A DNA stretch of 63,857 nucleotides, counting the filler, from Craspedostauros australis (Eukaryota), in NCBI GenBank assembly GCA_030167865.1. It is 6 parts of 6 records of this genome, joined end to end, with 100 filler letters (N's around TTAATTAATTAA, not from the genome) between each part and the next. Parts side by side here need not be neighbours in the genome. Positions count along the whole stretch, not along the records: positions 1 to 17,002 come from JALAGF010004316.1; 5 more parts are not named here. The stretch is one strand, 5' to 3'. Positions 1-11,058 of this stretch are shown piece by piece. The notes under the pieces are model-generated. The model saw only the letters and a program-made list of their open reading frames with translations, searched no databases and had not been told where the DNA came from. Every line of letters begins with the position of its first letter. The first letter of the stretch is position 1. Both the position numbers and the translations under genes were made by a program.

Positions 1-3000
1 TTTCTTTCCCAATCTCCATGTTTGGGCTGTGATTGCTGTTGCCACGATCGCTTGACTCACCCTCGGTGTTCACCAGCGGCTGCTTGTGCAACAAATACTC
101 GGCGGCAAGCTCATTCGCCAGCGCTGTCTCGTGGATATGGCCAGAGCGGGCAGAGAACGAGATGGCCTTGTCGTATGCTGCCTTCACAGCCTCTTCCGAT
201 TCCTTTCCGGATGCCGCCATGGCATCTGCTTGCATGATCATGTATCGATGGAGAGAGGTTCCACCCTTGGTTTCGATGAACCCCTTCATGGTTTGTATAT
301 ATTGCTTCGAGCGGCGATAATACTTCCGTCGCTTTCGGTTGTTGTTGGTTATTCGTTGAGCCAGCCTGGACATGACGAGTCCAGAATGGAACGCCTTGAG
401 AGATAGGACCATCATTGAGTGCTCTGCTTTGCAAACTTGCTCAAGTGGATCGACGCACTTCTTTCCCACCTCGAGGTCACCAAAGTATGCTGCCAGTTGT
501 ATACAACTCCAACAGGTGAACATCCCTTTGATCCATTCTGAAGGCTTGGTATCTTTCACCGATATCGAGTCCACGGAACTCCTCCAGGTGTCTTGTATGC
601 ATGATGCGGCGGGGTCATTCTTGCTAGCTATGGTCATCCACATGCCGCAGGGAACCGTCAGGAACTCTTTCAGAGCATTCAGGCCGTAGTGCTCTACTTG
701 CGCAAGGAATGATTTTACCGCCCGACACAGTGGGACGAGAGGCAATCCAGCCACGGATGCGATGAGCAAACTGCTTGCCCAGCATCGGTATGCCGGCTCC
801 AAGTCGCCTGTTTCCATCGCAGCGTGATGGCCTCGACGAAGGTCGGCCAGGCACACATGAACAGGCTGGGACCAAGCATCGACGTAGCTCGCCGCCGAGG
901 CAATGTAAGCACCAAAGATGTGCTTGGATTCAGTCGCATCAATGATCCGTCTTGCCAAGGCACAGAGCCGCTTGCCCAGATCGATCTTCTTGAGGATATT
1001 GATGAGAACGACTCCGGCGCAACAGAAGGCGTAGGCTCCTTCTGCACATAGACCATGCTTCAGTGTGAGTCTGACTTGTCGGAACAGGATGAACATCAAG
1101 GTTCCAACCTGTTTCGAGCAGTGGGCTGAGAAAATCGTATGTCTCAGTAGCTCCATTGTCAGCTTCATCTTTGGGTCCGTCATGATGGAGAGATTGATTA
1201 CCTCGTCGTCAGTGTGCTTGGAGAAGTAGGTATTGATCTTCTGGAGATCCCTGAGAGCCAGGAATAGATGATTCCTCACAGGGAAGGTCTTCAAAAGGTT
1301 GAGCGATTCGAGCTGCAGAACTACCGATTCTTTGTATCGTTCCAGACGATTCAGTGCCTTGACCAACGACAAATTCACCAAGATCTTGTCCTCGATGAAG
1401 TGATCGGATCTTTCCACAATAGTTTGGCACAGCATCAATCCCTTGTCGTAGTTGCCGAGGGTCAGCTCGATCTCAGAGAGGCCGCGATAGACATCCCTGC
1501 ACAATTCATATTGCGTCTCCCAAGGATCAGCGATCTTGATCTCTAGATTCGTCAAGGCTCGGTTCAGGTACTTTGCTGCCGGAACGAAAGCAGAAACACC
1601 AACTGCGAGCTGCCCAGCCTTGAGATTGAGCTTGGTGTAGTCAATGGTTGAAATGATGTGATCAGATACCGTGAGCGACGACACGTTCTCGAGGTGGTCC
1701 GCAGCCATGAACCACATCCAGTCTTCGCCCAACATGGGATCAGATGCGATCTCCATGAGATACTTGCCCACCCGAAATTTCATTCGGTCGAGCTCGTCGC
1801 CTGGGGGTGACAGCGAGAAGGCCGCCTGCTGGATTCGATCATGAACAAAACGGAACATCGCGCCTGAGTTGACCAGGTGTTGGGTCGGACCTGCATCCGT
1901 CTCGATTCTCTCCAACAGCTCTTCCTTGACGGCCATATCCAGTGCCTCACCTACGCTCATCTCGGTCACCGACAGGGTTTTCGTGGCACCCATGCCATCT
2001 ACCAGATTCAACTGACGCTCTTCGATCTCCCAGTCCATCAACGTCTCCAACAACGACTGACGGAACGTCGATCGCAGGAATGAAGCCATCTGCAAGCACT
2101 TTTGCAGGTCCTCTGGCAGCGAATGGAGCTTCGCCGTGATCAGGTCGACCACGTTCGCTGATAGGTCGATCTCATCGGCTGCTCGCTGCTCATCCCATTC
2201 CCACTGCGACGTGTGGATGTTGCGAGTCAAGACCTTGCGACGGCGGAGCCCCTCTAGCGCCTGCATGGTGTATAGTACGTTGCCTTTGGTCTTGTCATGG
2301 AGCAACTTCGCAAGAGGGGTTGTTTTGGTGGTATCCAACCGAAGCGACGATGCGAGAAGCTCCACAGTTTGGGTGACCGTGAGATCATTGAGGGGAATGT
2401 CGTGGATGGTCTTTCCGTTGGTTTTCCACTGTGAGACCGCTGTGGTGAGTTGATGTTGAGGATCGTTGTGTACCTCGTTGGATCGGTATGATCCGATAAT
2501 GAGAAGGTTGCGGATGGAAGGATCGATCAAGATCTCAGTGATGAGCTTGAGAGATCGTTCATCAACCCATTGAAGGTCTATAGATACGAAAGATTGCGAG
2601 CGACAATGTGACACAATCGAGGTTTGAGCATGTGAGGTGGCGTTGTGCAGTGCGGCACAACGTGCCAACGTACTCGTACATATAGAAGAAAAGGTATGGG
2701 CGGTCCAAGAACATATCCGAGTCTGCAGCAATACGCGTGTACAAACCACGGTGCCGTCGGTTTCACTCACCGTCCAAATAGAGCACGAGAGGATGATCGT
2801 CGGTGCAGATAGCCTTGAGAATGACCTTGAAACCGTGCACAAGTCGAGGCCATTCTTTTTCTCTTGAAGCTACAACTCCGCGTTGGTCCGCATCGAAGAG
2901 TGGTATCGTCGTCATCGATTTTGCACCAACTGACTGTTGGTCTATCAACGGTGTCGCATGCTCCATTCCTTCCGAGCCGGCGTTGTACTTGTTGCGGTTC

Positions 3001-3061
3001 ATCATCCGAGATGGTTGAGAAACTATCTTAATCCGCTCCTGTCTGCTGACCACGTCTTGTT

Positions 3062-3095
<34 letters not shown>

Positions 3096-3980
3096 GTGAA
3101 GATTGCTCTGGCAGTCGCCCTCCAACACATTGGAAAGACCAGGAATGATTCTGCACATGCGGTCACACTGATCATCGTCCACCTTGCTGCGAATGCTGTG
3201 GCGTATGCGGTTGCTCTCCGCAACGTAATCAGGCTCGTCACCCTCCCCGAGATTCTCGAAGAAACTAGACAGAGCATCAACGATAGCTGACAAGTTGCCC
3301 GCGTTGTTGAACTGATCGTACTTTCCCTTGCCAACGTGGCATCGATGCCGATCGGCTTGTCTTTTGCCTTTTTCGGAAATCGTTTGCGCAGTGACATCAT
3401 TTGCACCTGCAGTTGATGGCGCGGTGCTCGAAGGAGCCGATTTGACACCCAAACCCTCGAGGAATTGATCCACTAGTGCGGATTTTCCTGTCCCAGAGTA
3501 TCCGTGTATGAGAACAACCTGCGGTTCCTTGTTGCCTTTGCCTGCGCTAGTTGCGTCGGATGTCTTGGATGGTTTGCGGCAGATGCGTCCGTAGATCGAA
3601 TTCAGTCGCTCCAACTCATCTTCACGCCCGATGAAGTGATCGAACCGTAGGCGATCCCACCGTCCGCTGCTTGTGCGTTGGCCATGCTGATCATCGGTGC
3701 CATCGGGATTCTCGTCGCGATCCATGGCGTTGTGTTCATCATCAGAATCTGATTGGCTGTGCGCATCATCATCGTCGATGCTGTAGATGTCGATCTTGGA
3801 TTCGATCGTTGGGCTGGCTGTTTCCTCCGCAGTGTTGGAGGTGGAAACGGCGATGCCGCTCTCGTGAGCAGAACGGTTGATGAATGCATCCACGCCACTC
3901 GCCCGTTGACCTTGCGAGAGCGAAGAAGAGCGCTTGAACGATGAGACGTCAAGGTGCTTTGAAGAGCGCTGGGTCACCAT
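1..3980 (-). CDS. STAND-like P-loop ATPase (AAA_16/COG3899-type) with helical TPR-like C-terminus, paralog A; exons 3980-2771 and 2577-<1, runs off the window edge
   Basis: Walker A HGYSGTGKS. GT donor at 2770 and AG acceptor at 2578 rebuild Walker B LVLYLD^DLQWVDERSL. Exon 2 is in frame at the window edge (ANELAAEYLLHKQ...). The ATG context GCACCAAGTCATCATG is shared with paralog C, and long stretches are nearly identical to 11059-15323. Confidence 0.85.
3062..3094. repeat. (CAG)11 microsatellite encoding a poly-Ala tract in paralog A
   Basis: Directly visible; paralog C has no such run at the equivalent position. Confidence 0.95.
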
Positions 3981-4729
3981 GATGACTTGGTGCTTTCTGG
4001 AGTGATTGTGATTCGAATGCAACGACGATCGCGTCCTCTCCTCCCATCATGAATGCCGATTCTATGGCTCCTCTTGTGATGCAGCCATCGGGAAGTGTGC
4101 CCTCTTGTGCACCGCCTATCGCTTTGGGCCCATCTCCGACCTGTGCATCCCCAATGGGTTTTTGTTGAGTCGCACAATGGGCGGTCTTCACGAATAGATT
4201 TGGTCATGGGTGTGATGGGTGTGTCTTTGGCTCGAGGTCCATGCAGTTTCTGCCACAAAGGGCAGCTAGACATTCCCCATGAGACACACTTGTCTACTTT
4301 ATGCAACTTTTCAATTAATTAACGATCCATATTCTGTTCGTGAGGAGCAGTCTAGAGTACTGGCTTCGCAGAACAGAGACACCTTGCGTTAAACAACAAG
4401 AGATGTCACAAGTGGCCCCTTCGCGATGACAGATTCGCTGTGTGACCTCGCAGTCCACAATTAGGATTTCTCGGCACTTCGCATCCGCTGTGCGGCGAGC
4501 ATAATCGCCCTCACAAAGTCGCCCCAGCAGATGGAGATTCAAGCTTGCAACACTCACTGGTAGAATACATGATTCCAAAGACCATCACACACCTCACTGC
4601 GTAATGTAATAGTACGCGCATACTGGACACAAGGAGATGTACACCAACGGCTACGCTGGGAATCGTCCACGTTGATGAGGGTGTTATCCTGGCTGCGGCT
4701 GCCTTCCGAAACGGCATCGGCCTCTCTGG

Positions 4730-5120
4730 CACCCACGGACGACAACATGCTGCGGCTCCTTGTTGCCCCTTGTTGCCCCTTCCTGCGCCGCCTGCGACAT
4801 CGTGGCTGCTGCTGTCCGATACTGTATGGTCCGCGGCAAATGGTCGCGTGGATCGATTTCTATTGATCCAGTTCATCTTCGTGTCCGATGAAGTCATCGG
4901 CCTGTAGCCAATCTCACCGTCCCCTATTTATGTTGTGATTACCATTGACGACATCGGGATTATCGTGATGATCGACGGTGTCGCGTTCATCAGGATCGCC
5001 GTTGGTATCGCAATTGTTATCCTTCATGGTGTCAACACCGGACTTCGGTTTGCGCGTTGATCTGTCCGTCTTCCTCGAACGAACGATCAGTGACGCTGTT
5101 CTTGTTGGCAGAATGGCTCA
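4730..5120 (-). pseudogene. Degenerate 5' fragment of the STAND-like ATPase gene family
   Basis: Minus strand reads GR*DWLQADDFIGHEDELDQ*KSIHATICRGP...GNKEPQHVVVRGC, versus GRWDRLRFDHFIGREDELERLNSIYGRICRKP...GNKEPQVVLIHGY in paralog A. Two in-frame stops, and similarity ends at the Walker A position. Confidence 0.8.
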
Positions 5121-6049
5121 TGTTTCGAAGAAGGCCTGATGCATACATCTCCAACAGATCTGGCAGAGCCAGCGAAAAATGAGAATAACAGAGCCATTAT
5201 AGGATGTGTGGATCAATGCTCTGTACTCAAGTATAGCGATGATCATAGAGTAGAATGGATGAATACCTTAAGAGAGGTTGTGATGGGCAGAGTAAGCACG
5301 TACCTCTTACTCCTGTGTGATCAGTTGTTGCGTCATCCCGCGTGGTCTTTTTCTGCGGTTCGTTTCGCCTATCATGGTGCACACTATAACGCTTTTTACT
5401 GGTTGCTCACACAGGATTCATGTGTTTCTCGTCCTTCGTCGACAGTTTGGGGAAACCACTTAATGAAGGTGCAGCTAATTCTATCTAACGTGCGACATGT
5501 GTCATGACGGCCTCAACGCAGGCGCGCCAAACCAAAAGAGACAAAACCCCACGCTCACATTTTCAACCAAAACGACAGAACAACAAAGAACAACACCAAT
5601 GTGACGTAGGTAATCTGCCACCAAATGATGAAGAGAGGAGCGACGCCAAGACGATCGACGAAGCAGAACTGTTCCGCACGTGGTCCACCACGCGTATCGA
5701 CGAAGATGGAAGCTGTGGAACAGGGTAGCTCAGCGACCGATACAACGACATCATCACTTTCGTTGCCTACCTACACAGTTGCCTTGCGGTGGTCTTGTTG
5801 CTGATCGCAGATGTTTGATTGTACAAATGTTATGGGATACTATTACCATACGAGCTACGAGTATGGGACTTGTGATAGTATTTGACAGCAACTTCTATCT
5901 TCCCGGGAGCGCTCACTCTCTCGGACGAACCAGCGATCCTGAGAGCACCGCACCACCACGGATGAAGGCATACCATACCAGCATACTATTATACAAAACA
6001 CTTCGATGGCTACATCATACATATAAGTACTCCCCGATATCCGCCCCAT

Positions 6050-9000
6050 CTACCCGAATAGAGTCTGTGTCTTGGCCTCCAGCACTTCCACCTTCTTCAG
6101 CGCTCCCCACTCCATATACAGCCTCGATGACTCTCCGTAGCGATACTTCGCGTCATCGCGACGACCGCAATCCATCAAGCAATCTGCAAGTCTCTCGTTG
6201 GCCAGTGCCTGGTCATGAATGAATCCACGTTGCGACGTGGTTTGAATGCTCTGCATGTATAGCGCGATCGCGGAGCTGTGCTTGCCACGCAGAAACTTCT
6301 CTTCAGCATCCAGAATTGTGAGATAATGGGGACAATTGGGATGGCCCTGCTTTTTCCACGCCTTCAACTGCTTCGTGCACTGACGGGCCGTCTTTTGATA
6401 CTTCCCGTTCGACTCGGCGCCTTGTTGCGATGCAGCAAGACAGTTCATCGCTGCACGGAAGAGGTTTGGGGGTCCAGCGAACGAGCCTATCGTCGCTTTG
6501 GCCAGCGCGAGGGCGGATGAAACCGAGAGTTTGGCTCCCATCTCGTATTCACCGAAAAACAAACACAGCTCTGCTTTGTTCATGTCAAGCGATCTCTTCC
6601 AAAGGATGGCCATCGAACCATTTTCATCGCAGCTGTCCTTGCGTTCATCGAAGGCATCGCCAATGAGGAGGATGGTATTGCTGGATGCGCCGTGAAGATT
6701 CAGAATCTTCTGCCATCCTAGGCACATGAGGTAATGCTGCTGGGTCTGATTGAAATCCAAGAGCACCTTGGCGTACGTACCACAATCGGCATCGAGCTGA
6801 GATAGCTGAGTCCCATCGAAGAAGGAGCAGGCGACATAAGTGCAGATGCCCCAGGCCGCTGCTTCCAAATCGCCGCTTGCCATTCCTGTGCGATATGCCT
6901 CCATTAGAGGCTCTTTGATCTCTTCCAATGGTTGATTCCAGTGCTGAATCATCGAGTAGAAATTGAAGATAATCGAAGCTTCGGTGGCGGGGTGATCTAG
7001 CCTGGCGAGCATTTGCAGCGAGGCACGTCCGAGATTCTCTCGCGCCTTGACGTCACCCATGGCAGATCCTGTTATGAGGCCCAGGAAGATGAAGGCGACC
7101 GGAGAATGCTCGGACATACCATACTTGACCGTTCGTTGGAAGCTCTTGTACACAAGGATGGGAATGAGCTCTGGGTCCGCGAGGTAAGAAAATTTGATAA
7201 GCTTCCCCAACGTGCTCATCACCGCGCCTTCCCTCTCGTTCGTATTCAGCGGGAGCTTGGCGATCGATTCCGATGTCATTGAATGAGCGGCACGCTTCAC
7301 CTTGAGGAGTCCGGAGATGGTCGCGAACGTTCGTTTCATCCCAGGCTTCGGAATGTTGCACCCCAGCTCTGATAGAACGTTCATGCAGAGCTGAACTGCG
7401 GCGGATTCCTTGCCATCCTGTTTGTGCTCTGCCGCCGCGATGTATGCCAGCGTATGGTAGGCATCGACCTTCTCCAGGATGTCACACCTGGATTCGACGA
7501 TGATGTTGCAGTACCTGCGAGACGTGTCAAGATCGCCTGTGACGAAGGCGCACTCTGCTGCGGAGGAATAAACTTGCAACGTCTCTTCTTGCATCGCCTC
7601 CCAGTGATTGGCTGGGAGTAGTTCGATCGCGCATCGGAAGTACCCGAGAGCCAGCTGGAATGCCGAGCAGCCAACAGCCTTGGTGCCGGCATCGAAGTTC
7701 AGCATCATCACCCGCTTGCGGCGATCGCTCTTGTTGGTGTTCGGGATCAGGTCCGGTCTTGTGTTGACGAGGTTGGTGACCATGAAGATGCGTTCATCAA
7801 GCTCGTCTTGGGAAAGGCCGAAGAGGAGGATCTCGCCCACCCGGTACTTCAGCTCCGAGAGCTGCTCCTGCTCCACCATGTCCAACGCTGCCTCTTGCAC
7901 CTTGTCGTGGCTGAAGTTGTAGATGGTGGACTGCTTCGTCTTCGTCTTCGTCTTCGCCTTCGATTTTGGCTTCGGCTTCGATCCCGTGCTGGGATGCGTC
8001 TTGCTGGATGTGTTGGCTGCATCATTTCCTACCGCATAGTCGCTGGCGACCTTGGCACTGGCTGATTTCTCCACCAAACCTTCGCGTTCGCAGGTGCAGA
8101 GCATCTTGCGGATCCCGCTGTTGGAGACGAAGCGGCTGATACCAAACACCTTGTTGACGAAGGCGGAATGGGCTGAGTGGATGGAGAGACCGCGCATCAC
8201 GACGCAGATGGTTGAGTACGAGAAGGATGCGCCCAGGCATGCTGCGATTGGCAAGATCTGTCGGGCATTCTGCACTTGTCGCAGCTTGTCCTTCATGAGC
8301 TCGATGATGTTGCTGGTTAGCGGTGAGTTGGCCTGCATCTCATCATCGTTCCACACCCATGCCCACATAGGCGTTGGCGGTGTTGATGAAATTGCTGTGG
8401 CTGACTCGGGCAGAAGCATCGATGGATTGTACTGGAGCAACCGGTCGTCGACTAACGAATGGAGGAAACGTTGCACGAAGAAGGGATTCCCACCCGTCTT
8501 CTTGTACACAATGTCTGCAAAGTGTGTCACAGCCTCGTAGCGTTCATCATTCGTCCCATCGTCTCGGTTGCTGTGGTCAGCAGTATTGCTGTATGGGATA
8601 TCGCCCTGGGGCCTCAAAAGGCAGCACAGCAGCTCCTTGACGTGATCCAGCTCCAGGTCCTGGATAGGGAGCTTGACGATGCGGAGCGACCGCTCGCGTT
8701 TGGATTCATCCAGAGCCAGCAACGTCGTCTTGAGGGTGCGGTTCTCTTCCAGCAGATTGGATCGGTAACATCCGATGACCATCAGCGAAGAGTTCTTGGT
8801 GTCCAGCATCCACGCTTGGAGAATGTCCAGCGATGCCTTGTCGGCCCATTGGATGTCATCGATGACAAAGATGAGGGGGCAGAAGTTGCAGATGATCTGA
8901 ATCAACCTTCGGAGGGCGAACTTGAGCCGATCACCGTGGGCGCGGTATCCGATGCGATCATTCCACGGTCTGGCTACGCTGTGCCTACCGGTTGCGCATG

Positions 9001-10072
9001 TGGATAGACTGGTGACCGAAACATCGTCCCTGATCGCTGTGCCGAGCACGATAGCGTGGTTAATGCCGTAGACTACTTGAGGGAGGTCCGGGATGACAGC
9101 GGACAGAACTTTGATCTCACCTCTGGTCAAGCCCTTTCTCAGGAGCTTGCGGAGGGTGGAAAGCCTTCGAGGATCCTCAAAGGCGAACGAGGCGCGTTGG
9201 CTTGCTGATGAGTGTCGCGAAGAAGGACCGGGGTGGTTGGGCGAGGAAAAGTCCTCTCCATGCTCACTTCCCGATGACGTGGAAAAGATCTTGTCACCCA
9301 TGTTCATGGATGACATGAGCATGTTGGCATGGATGTCTTGTTCGTCGCGAGGTAAGCAGAGAATCTGGTTGCACAGCTCCGTCAATGCGGACTTGATCCC
9401 AGCATACGGTTGCTCCGCATTCATTTTGGAGATCTCGCACTTGCCGGACACGAAGAATCCGTGGAAGGGACGGCGCATGTCGCTGTTGGTTGTATTGGGC
9501 AAGTTGGCATTGTGCTCAGCTGCGAACTTCTTGACTTGCATGGCGAGTGCAGTCTTTCCACTTCCCGAATGTCCCGAGATGAGAACAAGTGTTCTCTGGG
9601 ATGATCGTACCGTTTGCAACATCATCTCATCGTCGATGTTGGATGATGACTCCGTTGACGAGTCTATTGCTGCGTTCACGAACTCCTCCGAGATGGTGTG
9701 ACGAAAACGAGCGATGCTCGTCTCGCTGATACAGCTGGAGGACCGCTTCTGGCGTTGCAGGCAAGTGATACTGAATGCATGTCGCAGCATGCGGATCTCT
9801 TTGCTCCTGCCGATGAGACCCACCGTCCCGAAGGGGAGCTCCTGATCGTTCTGCTGTGGTTGTAGCAGGCTCTGCGAGTCGAAGGGAGCGATGGCAGACG
9901 AAGCATCGTCGATCACGCTGGCATCTTCTGGCGTGGACTGCCGTCGCAACTGTGGCTTTGGCTTCAATGGGATGGTATCGGCTGCATTGGCCGCGTTATT
10001 GGCCGCATCATCTTGCATGGAGATGCCAGCGTCGTTGGCAATGGCGTGGCATGGGATGACTCCAGGTGTCAT
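6050..10072 (-). CDS. STAND-like P-loop ATPase (AAA_16/COG3899-type) with TPR-like C-terminus, paralog B, intronless, ~1340 aa
   Basis: Single long ORF with first ATG at 10072. Motifs LIGRSKE, Walker A SGHSGSGKT, Walker B FVIDDIQWAD, IGCYRSN, KTGGNPFFV, FSHDKVQEAA and terminal ALANERLA...YMEWGALKKV match bacterial ATP-binding sensor kinase-type STAND proteins. Confidence 0.88.
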   Translation of the reverse strand: MTPGVIPCHAIANDAGISMQDDAANNAANAADTIPLKPKPQLRRQSTPEDASVIDDASSAIAPFDSQSLLQPQQNDQELPFGTVGLIGRSKEIRMLRHAFSITCLQRQKRSSSCISETSIARFRHTISEEFVNAAIDSSTESSSNIDDEMMLQTVRSSQRTLVLISGHSGSGKTALAMQVKKFAAEHNANLPNTTNSDMRRPFHGFFVSGKCEISKMNAEQPYAGIKSALTELCNQILCLPRDEQDIHANMLMSSMNMGDKIFSTSSGSEHGEDFSSPNHPGPSSRHSSASQRASFAFEDPRRLSTLRKLLRKGLTRGEIKVLSAVIPDLPQVVYGINHAIVLGTAIRDDVSVTSLSTCATGRHSVARPWNDRIGYRAHGDRLKFALRRLIQIICNFCPLIFVIDDIQWADKASLDILQAWMLDTKNSSLMVIGCYRSNLLEENRTLKTTLLALDESKRERSLRIVKLPIQDLELDHVKELLCCLLRPQGDIPYSNTADHSNRDDGTNDERYEAVTHFADIVYKKTGGNPFFVQRFLHSLVDDRLLQYNPSMLLPESATAISSTPPTPMWAWVWNDDEMQANSPLTSNIIELMKDKLRQVQNARQILPIAACLGASFSYSTICVVMRGLSIHSAHSAFVNKVFGISRFVSNSGIRKMLCTCEREGLVEKSASAKVASDYAVGNDAANTSSKTHPSTGSKPKPKSKAKTKTKTKQSTIYNFSHDKVQEAALDMVEQEQLSELKYRVGEILLFGLSQDELDERIFMVTNLVNTRPDLIPNTNKSDRRKRVMMLNFDAGTKAVGCSAFQLALGYFRCAIELLPANHWEAMQEETLQVYSSAAECAFVTGDLDTSRRYCNIIVESRCDILEKVDAYHTLAYIAAAEHKQDGKESAAVQLCMNVLSELGCNIPKPGMKRTFATISGLLKVKRAAHSMTSESIAKLPLNTNEREGAVMSTLGKLIKFSYLADPELIPILVYKSFQRTVKYGMSEHSPVAFIFLGLITGSAMGDVKARENLGRASLQMLARLDHPATEASIIFNFYSMIQHWNQPLEEIKEPLMEAYRTGMASGDLEAAAWGICTYVACSFFDGTQLSQLDADCGTYAKVLLDFNQTQQHYLMCLGWQKILNLHGASSNTILLIGDAFDERKDSCDENGSMAILWKRSLDMNKAELCLFFGEYEMGAKLSVSSALALAKATIGSFAGPPNLFRAAMNCLAASQQGAESNGKYQKTARQCTKQLKAWKKQGHPNCPHYLTILDAEEKFLRGKHSSAIALYMQSIQTTSQRGFIHDQALANERLADCLMDCGRRDDAKYRYGESSRLYMEWGALKKVEVLEAKTQTLFG

Positions 10073-10154
10073 GGTCGGAATCGCACGATAGCGTAGTATG
10101 TGAGACGGAAGGTATGGCTTGTGCTGCACAATGCAACGTGTATTGTGATGATAT

Positions 10155-10208
10155 GGTATGTGCGGTATGTATGGTATGTGTGGTATGTGCGGTATGTGCG
10201 GTATGGCA
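10155..10208. repeat. Six imperfect copies of the 9-mer GGTATGTGC upstream of paralog B
   Basis: Directly visible tandem repeat. Confidence 0.85.
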
Positions 10209-11058
10209 CGATGGAGTGACGTGCGATGAGAACTTATGCGAGAGGATGAGATTTTGTGTGTCTGTCGCCGAGGTTCTGTCGCTCGGCCACGCTACTTCTT
10301 GACAACTCATGAGCTCTGTCTTGTACCAGCCCAAGCGCGAGTTGTTGCGGAATTTCGCTATTTCGCGATCGGAATAATCGATCCGTGGAGGTCATTTGCG
10401 ATTGTGCATGTTACTAGAAATGTGAGACCAGCGATATCCCAAAACATCCCATGAGAGCCATTGAGGCTCTATTGTCGATGATGCATGTCCCCATGACATT
10501 TTCGTAGATGCTTCCCGCATACTATTAGGTCCACCAGCTCATCATCTCGCGAGTGGTGGTGGATCATTTCGACATCCGCGAACATCGTTTGACGAATACT
10601 CGCAAGACATATCAGACCCGATCTTTGCCGCTCGCTTTCATTGCGTTAATCGTACTTTTATCAGAATGAGAAAGTGGAAGTGATGTACTCTTGTAACTTC
10701 GGAAGAGAATTCGCTATAGAACATTAAATCGAACTCTGCCCAAGTTCCCATCATAATGCTCAAACAAGATCGCGAAAGGCAGGAAGACTTCATCGACGCC
10801 AAATCCAAGACTACACGTACTTGGTCATGCCTGCATTCAGCCTGTGGGTGGTAACTCTCAACTCTCTCTGTCTCCATCCTCCTACGTATGTAACGTGAGA
10901 AACTCGAGTAGGAAACAGTGGCTGACCACATACGACTACTCTACATCTTACGGATAGATCAAAGTTCCGAAAGAACGGGCCATAGGCAAGGATATTGGAA
11001 CTTTTCGAGTTGGACTAATACAGGATTAGATTCATCCCAAGATATAGAAAATGCACAT

